A DNA stretch of 60,362 bases from an uncultured Candidatus Saccharibacteria bacterium (GCA_964590835.1 CAZPYD010000002.1:1-60362), one strand, 5' to 3'; positions 1 through 10,598 are shown, numbered from the stretch's first letter. A program made the numbers and translations. Notes: generated from the letters alone by a model not told the origin.

Positions 1-129
1 TAATTTTCAATTCTTGGATGCAAAGAGAGAAAAGGGAGTTTGTGGGGTTGGGGGTGGGGTTTGTAAGAGGTTTGTTTCTGTGTTAGTTTTTGTGTAGAAG
101 TAAAATTGTTTACAAAAAGGAGGAGGGTA

Positions 130-447
130 ATGAATATATTTTTGAAAAATATTTGTGTAATACTTTTGGTTTTAGGAGTTACAATTACTCTTGAAAATAG
201 TTGTGATGTGTCAGTAAGATCTTTTGTTTATTCTATAGACCATGGTTTTACAAATTATTTTAAGCCATTAAATATTATTGGCGCAGAACTAAAATCTGGT
301 AAAAAGATGGAATCCAATAATGAAAGAAAACCAGGAAGATATTTTGTTATTTGGGAAAAGATTTTGAGCGATGATGCTTCCAGGATAGAATATTTTAAAA
401 TTAAAGAAGGACAAACAGGTAAGATTGTCTTAAAATCTTGCGATTGA
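130..447 (+). CDS. small hypothetical protein with hydrophobic N-terminal signal/anchor
   Basis: The track ORF 106..447 opens at a TTG. AGGAGGG at 121-127 precedes the ATG at 130. The N-terminus MNIFLKNICVILLVLGV is hydrophobic. A strong hairpin follows the stop. Confidence 0.5.
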   Translation: MNIFLKNICVILLVLGVTITLENSCDVSVRSFVYSIDHGFTNYFKPLNIIGAELKSGKKMESNNERKPGRYFVIWEKILSDDASRIEYFKIKEGQTGKIVLKSCD

Positions 448-472
448 TTGTGATAAAAAAGAAATTTAAAAA

Positions 473-505
473 CCCACAGCTTTGTATCAAAGCTGTGGGT
501 TTTAT
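473..505. terminator. bidirectional rho-independent terminator between convergent genes
   Basis: An 11-12 bp stem (cccacagctttg / caaagctgtggg) is flanked by an A-run upstream and a T-run downstream. It lies between the stop at 447 (+) and the stop at 514 (-). Confidence 0.7.
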
Positions 506-513
506 GTTGCATT

Positions 514-2232
514 TTATACCTCGATAACCACTGGCAGCACCATTGGCCTTCTTTTTGTTTTTTGGAAGAGGTATTTACCAACACGTTCCTTGATGTTGTC
601 TTTTATAAAGCTGATGTTTATGGGATGCATATTTGATGATTCCCGTACTATTTTTTTGACTATAAATCGAGATTTTTTAAGTAGATCTTGTGATTCCTTC
701 AAGTAAACAAATCCACGAGAGATAATATCGGGTGATCCCATTACTTTGTTTGTTTTGGTGTCTATTGCTGCGATGATTACAAATATTCCATCTTTGGCTA
801 GCATTTGTCTATCACGTAAAACAACTTCTTTTACATCACCTACGCCCAGACCATCTACCATTACATAGTGAGCCGGTACGCTTTCTTTTGTTATTTGGAT
901 ATTATTCTTATTTGCTTCTATGATAACCCCGTTTCTGGTGGGAACAGCGATATTTTTCTTTGGTATTCCAATAGATTCTGCTAAAGCAGCGTTGGTTTTG
1001 AGCATAAAGTAGTGGCCATGAATAGGAATAAGGAATTTTGGTTTTATCAATTTTGCAATTAATTTTAGTTCTTCTGCATAAGCGTGTCCACTAGCGTGGA
1101 TGTCCGCTACTTCATAGTGAATAACTTTTGCGTCTTTTCTTGCTAAGTTATCTTTTAGGTTTTGGATGCTTTTTTCATTGCCAGGGATAATGGATGAAGA
1201 CAGAACAACAGTATCGCCACTATGTAGTTTAACGTGAGTGTGTTTGTTGCTGGCGATACGCATTAACGAAGCTCGCTTTTCTCCTTGTGCTCCTGTGCAG
1301 ATGATTATTATTTTTTCTTCTGGAAATTCGTCTATATTTTTAATAGGTATTATAGTGTCTTTTTTGTGATTGAATAGCTTTAATTTTTTGGCAATTTCTA
1401 TATTAGATTTCATGCTAAAACCATCTATCGCAACTCTTTTTTTGAGTTTTTCGGCAATTTTAACCATCTCTATAATTCTTTCTAGTTGAGAAGAAAAAGT
1501 ACCTACAATAATTCTTTTTGGTACTTCTTTAAAAATTTTTTCAAGGTTGTCGCGAACGGTGGCTTCTGACATAGAATGACCTGGCTTTTCAGCGTTAGTG
1601 CTTTCTAAAAGTAAGATTAAATTATTTTCTTTTCCAAGTTTTTGATATGCTTCTATTTCTGTTGGTTCTCCTTTTTCATTGTGTTCAACCTTGGCATCTC
1701 CGGGGTAAATTATATTTCCAAGGGGTGTTTCGATAATTGTACCTATAGCATCCGGTATGGTATGGGTAACATCAAAAAATTTCAATCTTAGTTTTGGACT
1801 TATTTTAATTTTGTCGTTAGATTTTATCTCTCTTATCCTGAGGTTTGGTCCGGCAGGAAATTCTTCTTGGCGCTTTTTTATCATAGCTGAGGTTAATTTT
1901 GTGGTATATATCATAGGATTACCGATATTTTTCATAATATAAGGTATTGCTCCAATATGGTCCAAATGTCCATGGCTTATCACCAAAGCTTTTATTTTAT
2001 TTTTATTTTTTTCCAGATAGTTTGTGTTTGGAAGTATATAGTCTATTCCAGGAGTTTCTTCTTCTGGAAATTGAAAACCAGCATCAAAAATAATGATTTC
2101 ATTTTCATATTCGATAACTGTCATATTGCGACCAATTTCCTCTACACCCCCGAGAGGAATGATTTTTATTTTCCCTGGGCTTTTTGGTTGAGGTTTATGA
2201 TAACTTCTTCTTTTTTTGTTTTGTTCAATCAT
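514..2232 (-). CDS. rnj: ribonuclease J (metallo-beta-lactamase / beta-CASP fold)
   Basis: Motifs seen: IIPLGGVEEIGRNM, the HGHLDHIG zinc motif, and the later ASGHA and HGH motifs. Length is about 570 aa. The start could be ATG 2232 (MIEQNKK) or the upstream ATG 2268. Confidence 0.85.
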   Translation of the reverse strand: MIEQNKKRRSYHKPQPKSPGKIKIIPLGGVEEIGRNMTVIEYENEIIIFDAGFQFPEEETPGIDYILPNTNYLEKNKNKIKALVISHGHLDHIGAIPYIMKNIGNPMIYTTKLTSAMIKKRQEEFPAGPNLRIREIKSNDKIKISPKLRLKFFDVTHTIPDAIGTIIETPLGNIIYPGDAKVEHNEKGEPTEIEAYQKLGKENNLILLLESTNAEKPGHSMSEATVRDNLEKIFKEVPKRIIVGTFSSQLERIIEMVKIAEKLKKRVAIDGFSMKSNIEIAKKLKLFNHKKDTIIPIKNIDEFPEEKIIIICTGAQGEKRASLMRIASNKHTHVKLHSGDTVVLSSSIIPGNEKSIQNLKDNLARKDAKVIHYEVADIHASGHAYAEELKLIAKLIKPKFLIPIHGHYFMLKTNAALAESIGIPKKNIAVPTRNGVIIEANKNNIQITKESVPAHYVMVDGLGVGDVKEVVLRDRQMLAKDGIFVIIAAIDTKTNKVMGSPDIISRGFVYLKESQDLLKKSRFIVKKIVRESSNMHPINISFIKDNIKERVGKYLFQKTKRRPMVLPVVIEV

Positions 2233-2356
2233 TGTTAATTTTTTCACGCAACATGTAACCTGAAACATATAACATTTTCAAAAATTTTCTTTGAAAATTT
2301 TTGTCTGACCGCCAATAGGCAAGATTGTTACATGTTACATGCTACATGTTTTGTGA

Positions 2357-3094
2357 TTAGTTAATAATTTTAGTGTAGCAATTTTCTATTGTGAGTATAT
2401 TTTTATATTTTTGAGGATTATTTAAAAAATCTAGTTGATCTTTTGAAAAATTAAGAAGTGGCTTATCAAAAGTTATTCCAAGTTCAGGAATTTCTTTTGG
2501 TTTTAATTTTATTAATTCTGGAACTTGTTTATAATTTTTGTTTTTTTCAAAAGTAATTTCATCGTTTTGGTTTTTTAAAACATAGTAGCAACCACCATGT
2601 AGATCTGTGTATTGTTTGTAATCACTAATAGCATTTAAACTAATCCAGTTTGAAAGAGTGGTGGTGTGTGGTGTTGGGTTTATTGTGAGATGTCCGAACC
2701 TAGTAGGGAAGACAGCCTTTTCTCCTGCGCTGGCCTCTACTAAATAAGCTTCTTCTATAATACTTGGGTCATTGTTATATTTTTGAAGAAGCCATAGAGC
2801 TTTTCCGTCGACAACCTCCATTATTTCCATCATGTCACCTTTGTGGTAATGACCAAAAGTTTTTGTGAGTTCATTTTTTAGTTTATTTGAATAAAAAATT
2901 GTTATATCGTATCTAAAATTATCGATTAGATCAATTTCTCGATAAACGTCATAAATGCTTGTGTTTGGGTCACTTTTTTCTTCAGCACGAAGAACAGGAG
3001 TCATTTCTGAAAGAGGACGAGGTTTTGGAGTTTTGTTTTTGGTGAGTTTTTCTATTGAAATATTTTCCATACTTTTTTTGTTTTTGTATACCAA
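2357..3094 (-). CDS. cupin-type glucose-6-phosphate isomerase family protein
   Basis: TFGHYHKGDMMEIMEV and FPTRFGHLTINP resemble the metal-binding cupin motifs of archaeal-type PGI. The start is uncertain because the ORF overlaps the upstream gene by 19-43 nt. Confidence 0.5.
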   Translation of the reverse strand: MVYKNKKSMENISIEKLTKNKTPKPRPLSEMTPVLRAEEKSDPNTSIYDVYREIDLIDNFRYDITIFYSNKLKNELTKTFGHYHKGDMMEIMEVVDGKALWLLQKYNNDPSIIEEAYLVEASAGEKAVFPTRFGHLTINPTPHTTTLSNWISLNAISDYKQYTDLHGGCYYVLKNQNDEITFEKNKNYKQVPELIKLKPKEIPELGITFDKPLLNFSKDQLDFLNNPQKYKNILTIENCYTKIIN

Positions 3095-4836
3095 TTATAA
3101 ATCTGAGAAAATCTTTCTGAAGAGATGGTTATAAATTTTTGGTCTGTGCTTTTTAGAGAAGAAGGAATCAGATGAATAAAATAGGGAGAATATAAGAAGG
3201 TGGCAGGAATATCTTTTGCTATTTCTTTTTGAAAATTAAAATATTTCTCTTCTCTTTTTTTTATATCAAAAGTTTCTCTAGCATCTTCTAAGAGTTTGTC
3301 AGCCGTGATGTTTGCATAAAGGGCGATATTAAGTCCTGGGTCATTTCTTTGAGAGGAATGCCAAAAAGCAAAAGCATCAGGGTCTTTGCCCATAATTTCA
3401 CCAAAAAGCAACATGTCGTATTTTCTTGGTCTGATAACATTTTGTTCTAGGTCACCAACTTCGTATATTTTAATAGTTACTTTTGCGCCTAGTTCTTCCC
3501 AATTTTCTTTAAGAATGTTTGCTGTTTGTATTAAGTCTGGAATATTTGATGTAGAAATAGAAAACTCAAGTCTTGTTGTGCCTTTTTTGGTCTTTTTTTC
3601 AAGAACTTGTTGCTCTGCCAATTCTTCTTTAGTGTTTTCGTTTTCTTTTTTTGAGATTGGCTCAGACAGCTTCCAGCCATTTTTTGTTAAAAGTTCTTTG
3701 GCATTTTCTACTTGCTTTTCATGGGTTTTTTCTTCAGAGTCTTCTTTTAGATAGCCAATACTTCCCGGAGGTATGGGTGAGTTGATTGTAACACCAAAAT
3801 TTTGTAATACCTCATTTACAATTCTTTCCTTGTCCACACTTCTATTTAGAGCTTTTCTTATTTCTTCTTGTGCGAAAAGTGGTGCATTATCTTGATTAAA
3901 AAATACGGCGAATATTCGTGACAAATGATATGTTTTTAAGAAAGAATTTTCGTCTTTAATTTCTATAATGTCTTTTGGTGATATTGAGCTTAAGCTGTTT
4001 ACTTCATTTTTTTGATAGGCTTTTACAAGTTGTTTTTCAGACGGGTAAAATTTTAATATTATTTTTTGTAAATAAGGATCTTTAAGTGCAAAGTTTTTAT
4101 TAGGGGTTAAAGAATAAGAGGTTATAAGGCCAGAAACGTTTCTTGATATTTTACTTATTTTGTATGGCCCTGATCCAATTGGGTTGATATTAAAGTTACT
4201 TAAAGGCATTTGTTCTGGTAAAATATCCTCCCATATGTGTAAAGGTAGAATACCGATAGTCGTGTTTTCTAAAAAAGGAGCATAAGGTTTTTCAAGGTAA
4301 AATTTTATGGTTCTTTCGTCTATTTTTTCTATATCAACACCTTCCCAGCTTGCTCTTTTGAGACTTTTAACTGTTGGATTTTTGATTGTCTCAATGGTAA
4401 ATATTATGTCGTTGCTGGTTAGTGGTTTGTTGTCTGACCAAAAAAGATTTGGTTTTAATTTGAAGGTATAGGTCAATCCGTCTTCACTTATTTCATAGTT
4501 TTCTGCGAGATCGGGAATAAGTTGGTTGTCTTTGGCACGCATAAGACCCGAATAAATAAGCATTGTTAGGTCTCTATCTGTATCGGAGACTGTAAGAGCT
4601 GGGTTTACAAAACGAGGCATCCCAATAATACCTTCTATTAGTGAACCTCCTTTTGTTGGTATTTCGATGCTAAGTTTTTTGTCGAGTTGATATGTTATTA
4701 AAATTCCACTTATTACAAACAGAACCAAAAGAACCAAAAGTATTTTTTTTAAGCTTTTGGGTAATGTTCTAATAGCGTGTTGTAATTTTAATTCTGCTAA
4801 GAGAGCCTTGTGCTGCAATAGTTTTAATTTTTTCAT
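3052..4836 (-). CDS. ABC transporter substrate-binding protein, family 5 (peptide/nickel type), membrane anchored
   Basis: 594 aa with an N-terminal TM helix (ILLVLLVLFVISGILI). The pattern PRFVNPAL...DRDL..LIYSGL and the overall SBP_bac_5-like layout fit this family. Confidence 0.7.
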   Translation of the reverse strand: MKKLKLLQHKALLAELKLQHAIRTLPKSLKKILLVLLVLFVISGILITYQLDKKLSIEIPTKGGSLIEGIIGMPRFVNPALTVSDTDRDLTMLIYSGLMRAKDNQLIPDLAENYEISEDGLTYTFKLKPNLFWSDNKPLTSNDIIFTIETIKNPTVKSLKRASWEGVDIEKIDERTIKFYLEKPYAPFLENTTIGILPLHIWEDILPEQMPLSNFNINPIGSGPYKISKISRNVSGLITSYSLTPNKNFALKDPYLQKIILKFYPSEKQLVKAYQKNEVNSLSSISPKDIIEIKDENSFLKTYHLSRIFAVFFNQDNAPLFAQEEIRKALNRSVDKERIVNEVLQNFGVTINSPIPPGSIGYLKEDSEEKTHEKQVENAKELLTKNGWKLSEPISKKENENTKEELAEQQVLEKKTKKGTTRLEFSISTSNIPDLIQTANILKENWEELGAKVTIKIYEVGDLEQNVIRPRKYDMLLFGEIMGKDPDAFAFWHSSQRNDPGLNIALYANITADKLLEDARETFDIKKREEKYFNFQKEIAKDIPATFLYSPYFIHLIPSSLKSTDQKFITISSERFSQIYNWYTKTKKVWKIFQ

Positions 4837-4878
4837 TTTTAGTTTGCTTTTAAGACGCAGCTTGTTTTTATACTTATA

Positions 4879-5094
4879 TTATATAAGTAGCGCGCTAAAG
4901 CTAGATAAGAGAAATAGTGTTGCCAAAATTATAGTTGCAATAAAAAGAATTTTTTCAAAACCTCTTTTTGTATGGTAACTACCGTCACTACCACCAAAAA
5001 CACCGGAAAGACCGGAGCCTTGTTGTTGTAGGAGTACTGCGACAATTAATAAAACAGAAACAATTATTTGAAATATTGATAGAATATTAGCCAT
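4879..5094 (-). CDS. secG: preprotein translocase subunit SecG
   Basis: 71 aa. IVSVLLIVAVLLQQQGSGLSGVFGG is the typical SecG signature, and a second TM helix lies at the C-terminus. Confidence 0.8.
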   Translation of the reverse strand: MANILSIFQIIVSVLLIVAVLLQQQGSGLSGVFGGSDGSYHTKRGFEKILFIATIILATLFLLSSFSALLI

Positions 5095-5371
5095 AAATTT
5101 AGTAACTAACTAATTGATACCCAAAGTATAAGGCAATAAAGTAAAATGTCAATAGTTTTGTAAATTTGGCCAATTTGACCCGGTAGTACAATTTCAAATT
5201 GTTTAATTTTATTCTTTTGCTTATCTTCACTGTCCCTAACTCTTCTAGCTTGCATAAAAACAGTTTTTTGGTACCAGGCTTGTTTGAAATTGAATACTAC
5301 CGGGTTTGACAAGGCGATGTTTTTTTGGTAGTTATAAATAATAATTATAAGTTTTTAAAAATATACTTATT

Positions 5372-5707
5372 ATGGCTAAAAAAATTACTAATAAAAAAGA
5401 AACTGTTAGTATTGTTCCTCTTGGAGATAGGGTTTTGATAGAACCTTTGTCTGAAGAAGAGAGGATGAAGAAAACAAAATTTGGGATCGTGTTGCCTGAT
5501 AGTGCAGAGAAAGAAAAAGTTGATAGAGGAAGGGTTGTGGCTGTTGGCGAAGGAAAATACAATGAAGATGGTGATAAAAGAATTCCTCTTTCAGTTAAAA
5601 AAGGTCAAACTGTTGTTTTCACTGAGTTTGCTGCAGACAAAATAAAGGTTGATGATAAAGAGTATTATATGGTAAGTGAGCCAAGCATTTTGGCAATTAT
5701 TAACTAA
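5372..5707 (+). CDS. groES: co-chaperonin GroES
   Basis: IVPLGDRVLIEP...GIVLPDSAEKEK..GRVVAVGEG is the canonical Cpn10 pattern. It lies directly upstream of groEL. Confidence 0.95.
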   Translation: MAKKITNKKETVSIVPLGDRVLIEPLSEEERMKKTKFGIVLPDSAEKEKVDRGRVVAVGEGKYNEDGDKRIPLSVKKGQTVVFTEFAADKIKVDDKEYYMVSEPSILAIIN

Positions 5708-5790
5708 TGCGATACCAATATACCAATGCATACTAATCATACGAATTTAAATTAGTATTATTAGTATAATTCGTATATTAGCATCGATAA

Positions 5791-7494
<1,704 letters not shown>

Positions 7495-7518
7495 ATCATT
7501 TTGCCCATGAAATTCCGC

Positions 7519-7732
7519 TTTAAGCGGAATTTCATGGTTGCAAAATGATTTATCCAGAATTAATTTTCTACAAAAAATTAATTCTGGGGTCTTTATTGTT
7601 AAACACCTCATCTAGTGAGGTGTTTTACTTACCTATGAAAAAGGAGTTTAAGCGGAATTTCATGGTTGCAAAATGATTTATCCAGAATTAATTTTCTACA
7701 AAAAATTAATCCTAGGGTCTTTATTATTAAAC
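7519..7732. repeat. two 86-nt direct repeat copies (period 128 nt) downstream of groEL
   Basis: 7519-7604 and 7647-7732 differ at about 4 positions. Each copy contains the hairpin ccagaattaatttt...aaaattaattctgg (degenerate in copy 2) and is followed by its own terminator-like hairpin. Confidence 0.85.
7602..7626 (+). terminator. rho-independent terminator-like hairpin (first)
   Basis: aacacctca-tctag-tgaggtgtt followed by a T-run. Confidence 0.6.
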
Positions 7733-7765
7733 GGCTCACTAAAATGAGCCGTTTAATTTTTATTG
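7729..7765 (+). terminator. rho-independent terminator-like hairpin (second)
   Basis: aaacggctca-ctaaaa-tgagccgttt followed by aatttttatt. Confidence 0.6.
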
Positions 7766-7840
7766 TCTTTTACTATTTTTTGTGTTATTGTTTTTGAAAT
7801 TGCAATTTTGACAACTTTAATAAAGAGAGGAGAGCACAAA

Positions 7841-8485
7841 TTGAAAACTTTTATTTCAGCGCGTATGTCTGTTTTGTTTGAAGAGATTTTAGTAAACGGA
7901 CTAATTGCTTTAAAGTTAATTTTAAAATATCTCCCCATTTGGCTGGTATTAAGCCTGGTTTGTTATTACGCCACCTTCACTATCATGAAGGGGAGCATAT
8001 TCAATCCACTTATAGTGTGGATAAATAACCAGTTCTTGGCAGTAGAAGGCCTGGGGAATTTTTCAGAGATATTTTGGCACAAAATCACCGTCCTGTTCTC
8101 ATGTTTCCATTGTTTGGGGACGTGGGTCGGTTTTATTATCGGTGCCGTTTTTACCTTTATTTTTGGAATACAGATAAGGTATATTTTTAACCCGAGCTGG
8201 GAAATGCTCAGGCAACTCCAAAAAGACGAGAGAACGGTACTTCTTAAAAATACTTTTAAGAAGTTAAAGTTTTTGATTCTTCGCCCGTTTTTTACCCTGG
8301 CTCTTATTATCGCAATTGGGTTTTGTGTAAGCGCTGGGTCATTGGGGTGGTATTCTATTTTCAATTACCCCAAACACAGGCTTGAATTGATTCGGCATAA
8401 CCATGAAGATTTCATGGATTTAAAAAGTATGTATTTTGAAGAAGCACTTAACCGCTGCGATTGTGCAGCAATAACCAAACAATAG
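7841..8485 (+). CDS. multi-pass membrane protein (possibly DUF1360-like)
   Basis: Several hydrophobic helices and a CFHCLGTWVGF motif. GAGGAG at about 7827-7832 precedes the TTG at 7841. The track start 7763 is also a TTG, so the start is uncertain. The region looks more GC-rich than its neighbours. Confidence 0.5.
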   Translation: MKTFISARMSVLFEEILVNGLIALKLILKYLPIWLVLSLVCYYATFTIMKGSIFNPLIVWINNQFLAVEGLGNFSEIFWHKITVLFSCFHCLGTWVGFIIGAVFTFIFGIQIRYIFNPSWEMLRQLQKDERTVLLKNTFKKLKFLILRPFFTLALIIAIGFCVSAGSLGWYSIFNYPKHRLELIRHNHEDFMDLKSMYFEEALNRCDCAAITKQ

Positions 8486-8495
8486 GAGGAAAGCT

Positions 8496-8681
8496 ATGAA
8501 AAACACCACCTTTATAACGATTTTGCTGGTATATTTTCTTGTGGGGATTCTGTGTATCTTTATTTTTTCTAACCCATGTTCTGCTGGGGAGACAACAGCC
8601 GTCCCGCTTACCAAACAGGAGGTTTTGACAATCCTGGGAGACGCGGTTGCTGAGACCGGAGATAACTGTTCCTGTAGTTAG
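8496..8681 (+). CDS. small secreted/anchored hypothetical protein
   Basis: A strong AGGAGG lies 7 nt upstream of the ATG. The N-terminal signal is ITILLVYFLVGILCIFIFSNPCSAG. A terminator hairpin follows directly after the stop. Confidence 0.55.
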   Translation: MKNTTFITILLVYFLVGILCIFIFSNPCSAGETTAVPLTKQEVLTILGDAVAETGDNCSCS

Positions 8682-8682
8682 T

Positions 8683-8712
8683 GGCTCGATTCGGATCCGA
8701 GCCAAATTTTTT
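8683..8712 (+). terminator. rho-independent terminator
   Basis: The ggctcgat-tcgg-atccgagcc stem has one bulge and is followed by aaatttttt. Confidence 0.55.
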
Positions 8713-8754
8713 ACATCCCACCTGAAAGCTTATAAGAAGGAACGCAACTGGAGT

Positions 8755-8898
8755 ATGGCAACCTATAGTACTGTCACTGGTTGGTTTAAAAGAAATGCCG
8801 GCAATACTGAACTTATCAAAGCAAACAACCGGGATGTCCACATCGACAAATACTATAAAGAGTTCTCCGCTTTATTTATACCGGATGTCGGTCTTTGA
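8755..8898 (+). CDS. small hypothetical protein (47 aa)
   Basis: An internal ATG of track ORF 8647..8898 is preceded by GGAG. The upstream part of that ORF crosses a terminator hairpin. Its own terminator follows. Confidence 0.3.
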   Translation: MATYSTVTGWFKRNAGNTELIKANNRDVHIDKYYKEFSALFIPDVGL

Positions 8899-8914
8899 CC
8901 ACAAAACAAATAAA

Positions 8915-8948
8915 AACCGCCTTGCAGCTGCAGGGCGGTTTGTGTTTT
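8915..8948 (+). terminator. rho-independent terminator
   Basis: aaccgccttgcag / ctgcagggcggtt forms a stem of about 11 bp, followed by tgtgtttt. Confidence 0.7.
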
Positions 8949-9125
8949 AATTATAGTATTAGTTTTAATTTTTAAATTTTATGCCCAGTATTACAAATTT
9001 AATGTGGTTTGTTTATCAAACCAAAAAGTTGTTTTGTTGGGTTAGTCGAATTTTTTAGGTAATATTTTATTATTAATTAAATAAATTCAAATGTTATACA
9101 ACATTGAATTTGAATAATACTGGGT

Positions 9126-9686
9126 ATGAATACTATTTGGATTATTATTTTGGCGGTTTTAGGGGTTGTGGCTTTGTGGCTTATTTTCACTTTTAATCGT
9201 CTTGTTGTTTTAAGGATGCGCAGCAAAGAGGCACTTTCTGATATAGATGTGCAGACAAAAAGACGATATGATCTTATCCCTAATCTTGTTGATACAGTAA
9301 AAGGATACATGACCCACGAGAAAGAGACTCTTGAGAATGTTACAAAAGCTCGTACAGAAGTAATGGGTGCTTCTGGTGATGCTGTGGAAAAAGCCGAAAA
9401 AGAAAATATGCTTTCAGATACATTAAAAACTCTTTTTGCTGTTTCTGAAAATTACCCGGATCTGAAAGCCAATGCAAATTTTTTGGATTTACAGCGAGAG
9501 CTTGCAGATACTGAAAATAAAATTCAGGCTGCGCGCAGGTTTTTTAACACAAACGTTCGCGATTTGAATATTAAAGTAGAAACTTTCCCAGCACGTTTGG
9601 TGGCAGGTACTTTCGGTTTCTCAAAAATGAAGTTTTTTGAGACAAAAACTGAAGCCGAAAAAGAACCAGTGAAAGTAAATTTTTAA
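9126..9686 (+). CDS. lemA: LemA family protein
   Basis: N-terminal TM helix followed by FNRLV.LR......SDIDVQTKRRYDLIPNLV and ENYPDLKAN, which is the typical LemA pattern. Confidence 0.85.
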   Translation: MNTIWIIILAVLGVVALWLIFTFNRLVVLRMRSKEALSDIDVQTKRRYDLIPNLVDTVKGYMTHEKETLENVTKARTEVMGASGDAVEKAEKENMLSDTLKTLFAVSENYPDLKANANFLDLQRELADTENKIQAARRFFNTNVRDLNIKVETFPARLVAGTFGFSKMKFFETKTEAEKEPVKVNF

Positions 9687-9689
9687 TTT

Positions 9690-10598
9690 ATGTCGCTTTA
9701 TACTCAAAAGGAATCAAACATACGAAGGACTTGGCTGCTTTTTGCTGTTTTTTTGGTTGTGGTTATTGGAATTGGTTGGTTGTTTGCTCAGATCTATGGC
9801 AATTCTATTATTTTGGTTGTTGCTGTGGTATTTAGTGTGGGGATGAGTTTTGTTAGTTATTGGTGGTCAGATAAAATTGTTTTAAAAATCAGTAAGGCAA
9901 AAGAGGTTAGAAAGCACGAATCTCCAGAACTATATAATGTGCTAGAAAATCTATCTATTACAGCTGGTTTGCCGATGCCCAGGCTTTATTTAATAAACGA
10001 AGCTGCGCCAAATGCTTTTGCAACTGGCAGAGACCCGGAACATGCTGTGGTGGCGGTGACAAGCGGTCTTTTAGAAAGATTAGATAGATCTGAGCTGGAA
10101 GGTGTGCTTGCGCATGAACTATCGCACATAGGTAATAGAGATATGCTTATTTCTACTGTGGCTGTAGTTCTTGTTGGATTTGTAGCTTTGCTTTCCGATT
10201 TTTTCATGAGGTCTTTGATTTGGGGTGGATTTAGAAACAGGGAAGATAGTGGGCGAGCTGGAGCTATTTTGATGGTTGTTGGGATAGTGCTTGCCATATT
10301 GGCGCCTATTGCCACTAGCTTGATACAGCTGGCGATTTCTAGGAAAAGAGAATATTTGGCCGATGCATCCGGAGCGCTTTTGACTAGGTACCCGGAAGGA
10401 CTGGCAAGCGCGCTTGAAAAAATATCTAGTGACACTACACCGCTTAAGGTGGCAAACAAGGCTACTAATCACTTGTGGCTAGCAGCCCCCAAAAAACCAA
10501 TTTTAAAGCAAAAAGTAAGTGGATTATTTCTCACACATCCACCAATAGATGAAAGAGTAAAAAGGTTACGCGGGATGGAGCCCCGCCGAGCAGGGTAA
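9690..10598 (+). CDS. htpX: zinc metalloprotease HtpX (peptidase M48)
   Basis: HELSHIGNRD (HEXXH), four TM segments, EYLAD and THPP..ERV motifs. A lemA-htpX pairing is common. Confidence 0.9.
   Translation: MSLYTQKESNIRRTWLLFAVFLVVVIGIGWLFAQIYGNSIILVVAVVFSVGMSFVSYWWSDKIVLKISKAKEVRKHESPELYNVLENLSITAGLPMPRLYLINEAAPNAFATGRDPEHAVVAVTSGLLERLDRSELEGVLAHELSHIGNRDMLISTVAVVLVGFVALLSDFFMRSLIWGGFRNREDSGRAGAILMVVGIVLAILAPIATSLIQLAISRKREYLADASGALLTRYPEGLASALEKISSDTTPLKVANKATNHLWLAAPKKPILKQKVSGLFLTHPPIDERVKRLRGMEPRRAG

Noticed and set aside
5178-5305. SRP (4.5S) RNA as an explanation for the long hairpin
   Set aside because: I could not find the conserved helix-8 motif (GNRA tetraloop closed by GG.AGCA-type loops) on either strand. 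Only a loose AGCA/GUGA resemblance is present.
5106-5312. 68-aa minus-strand ORF between secG and groES
   Set aside because: It spans both arms of a 21-bp inverted repeat, has no recognisable motif or RBS, and its start sits in the groES promoter region. Probably spurious, but not excluded.
5313-5371. CIRCE (HrcA) operator upstream of groES
   Set aside because: No TTAGCACTC-N9-GAGTGCTAA-like sequence is present.
7507-7674. Two 13-aa mini-ORFs: MKFRFKRNFMVAK at 7507..7548 and MKKEFKRNFMVAK at 7633..7674. Also the minus-strand track ORF 7272..7535
   Set aside because: They arise from the palindrome catgaaattccgc...gcggaatttcatg, which reads similarly on both strands. No RBS is present. Interpreted as RNA/DNA structure rather than coding.
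8496-8898. Single frameshifted gene joining 8496..8681 and 8647..8898
   Set aside because: A terminator hairpin with a T-run sits immediately after the first stop, and the second ORF has its own GGAG-ATG at 8755. Treated as separate small ORFs of low confidence.
9115-9128. The shared tactgggtATG string at the lemA and rpoD starts as a specific translation signal
   Set aside because: An 11-nt match between two sites in 60 kb is not by itself improbable. It is kept only as part of the inverted-repeat observation.
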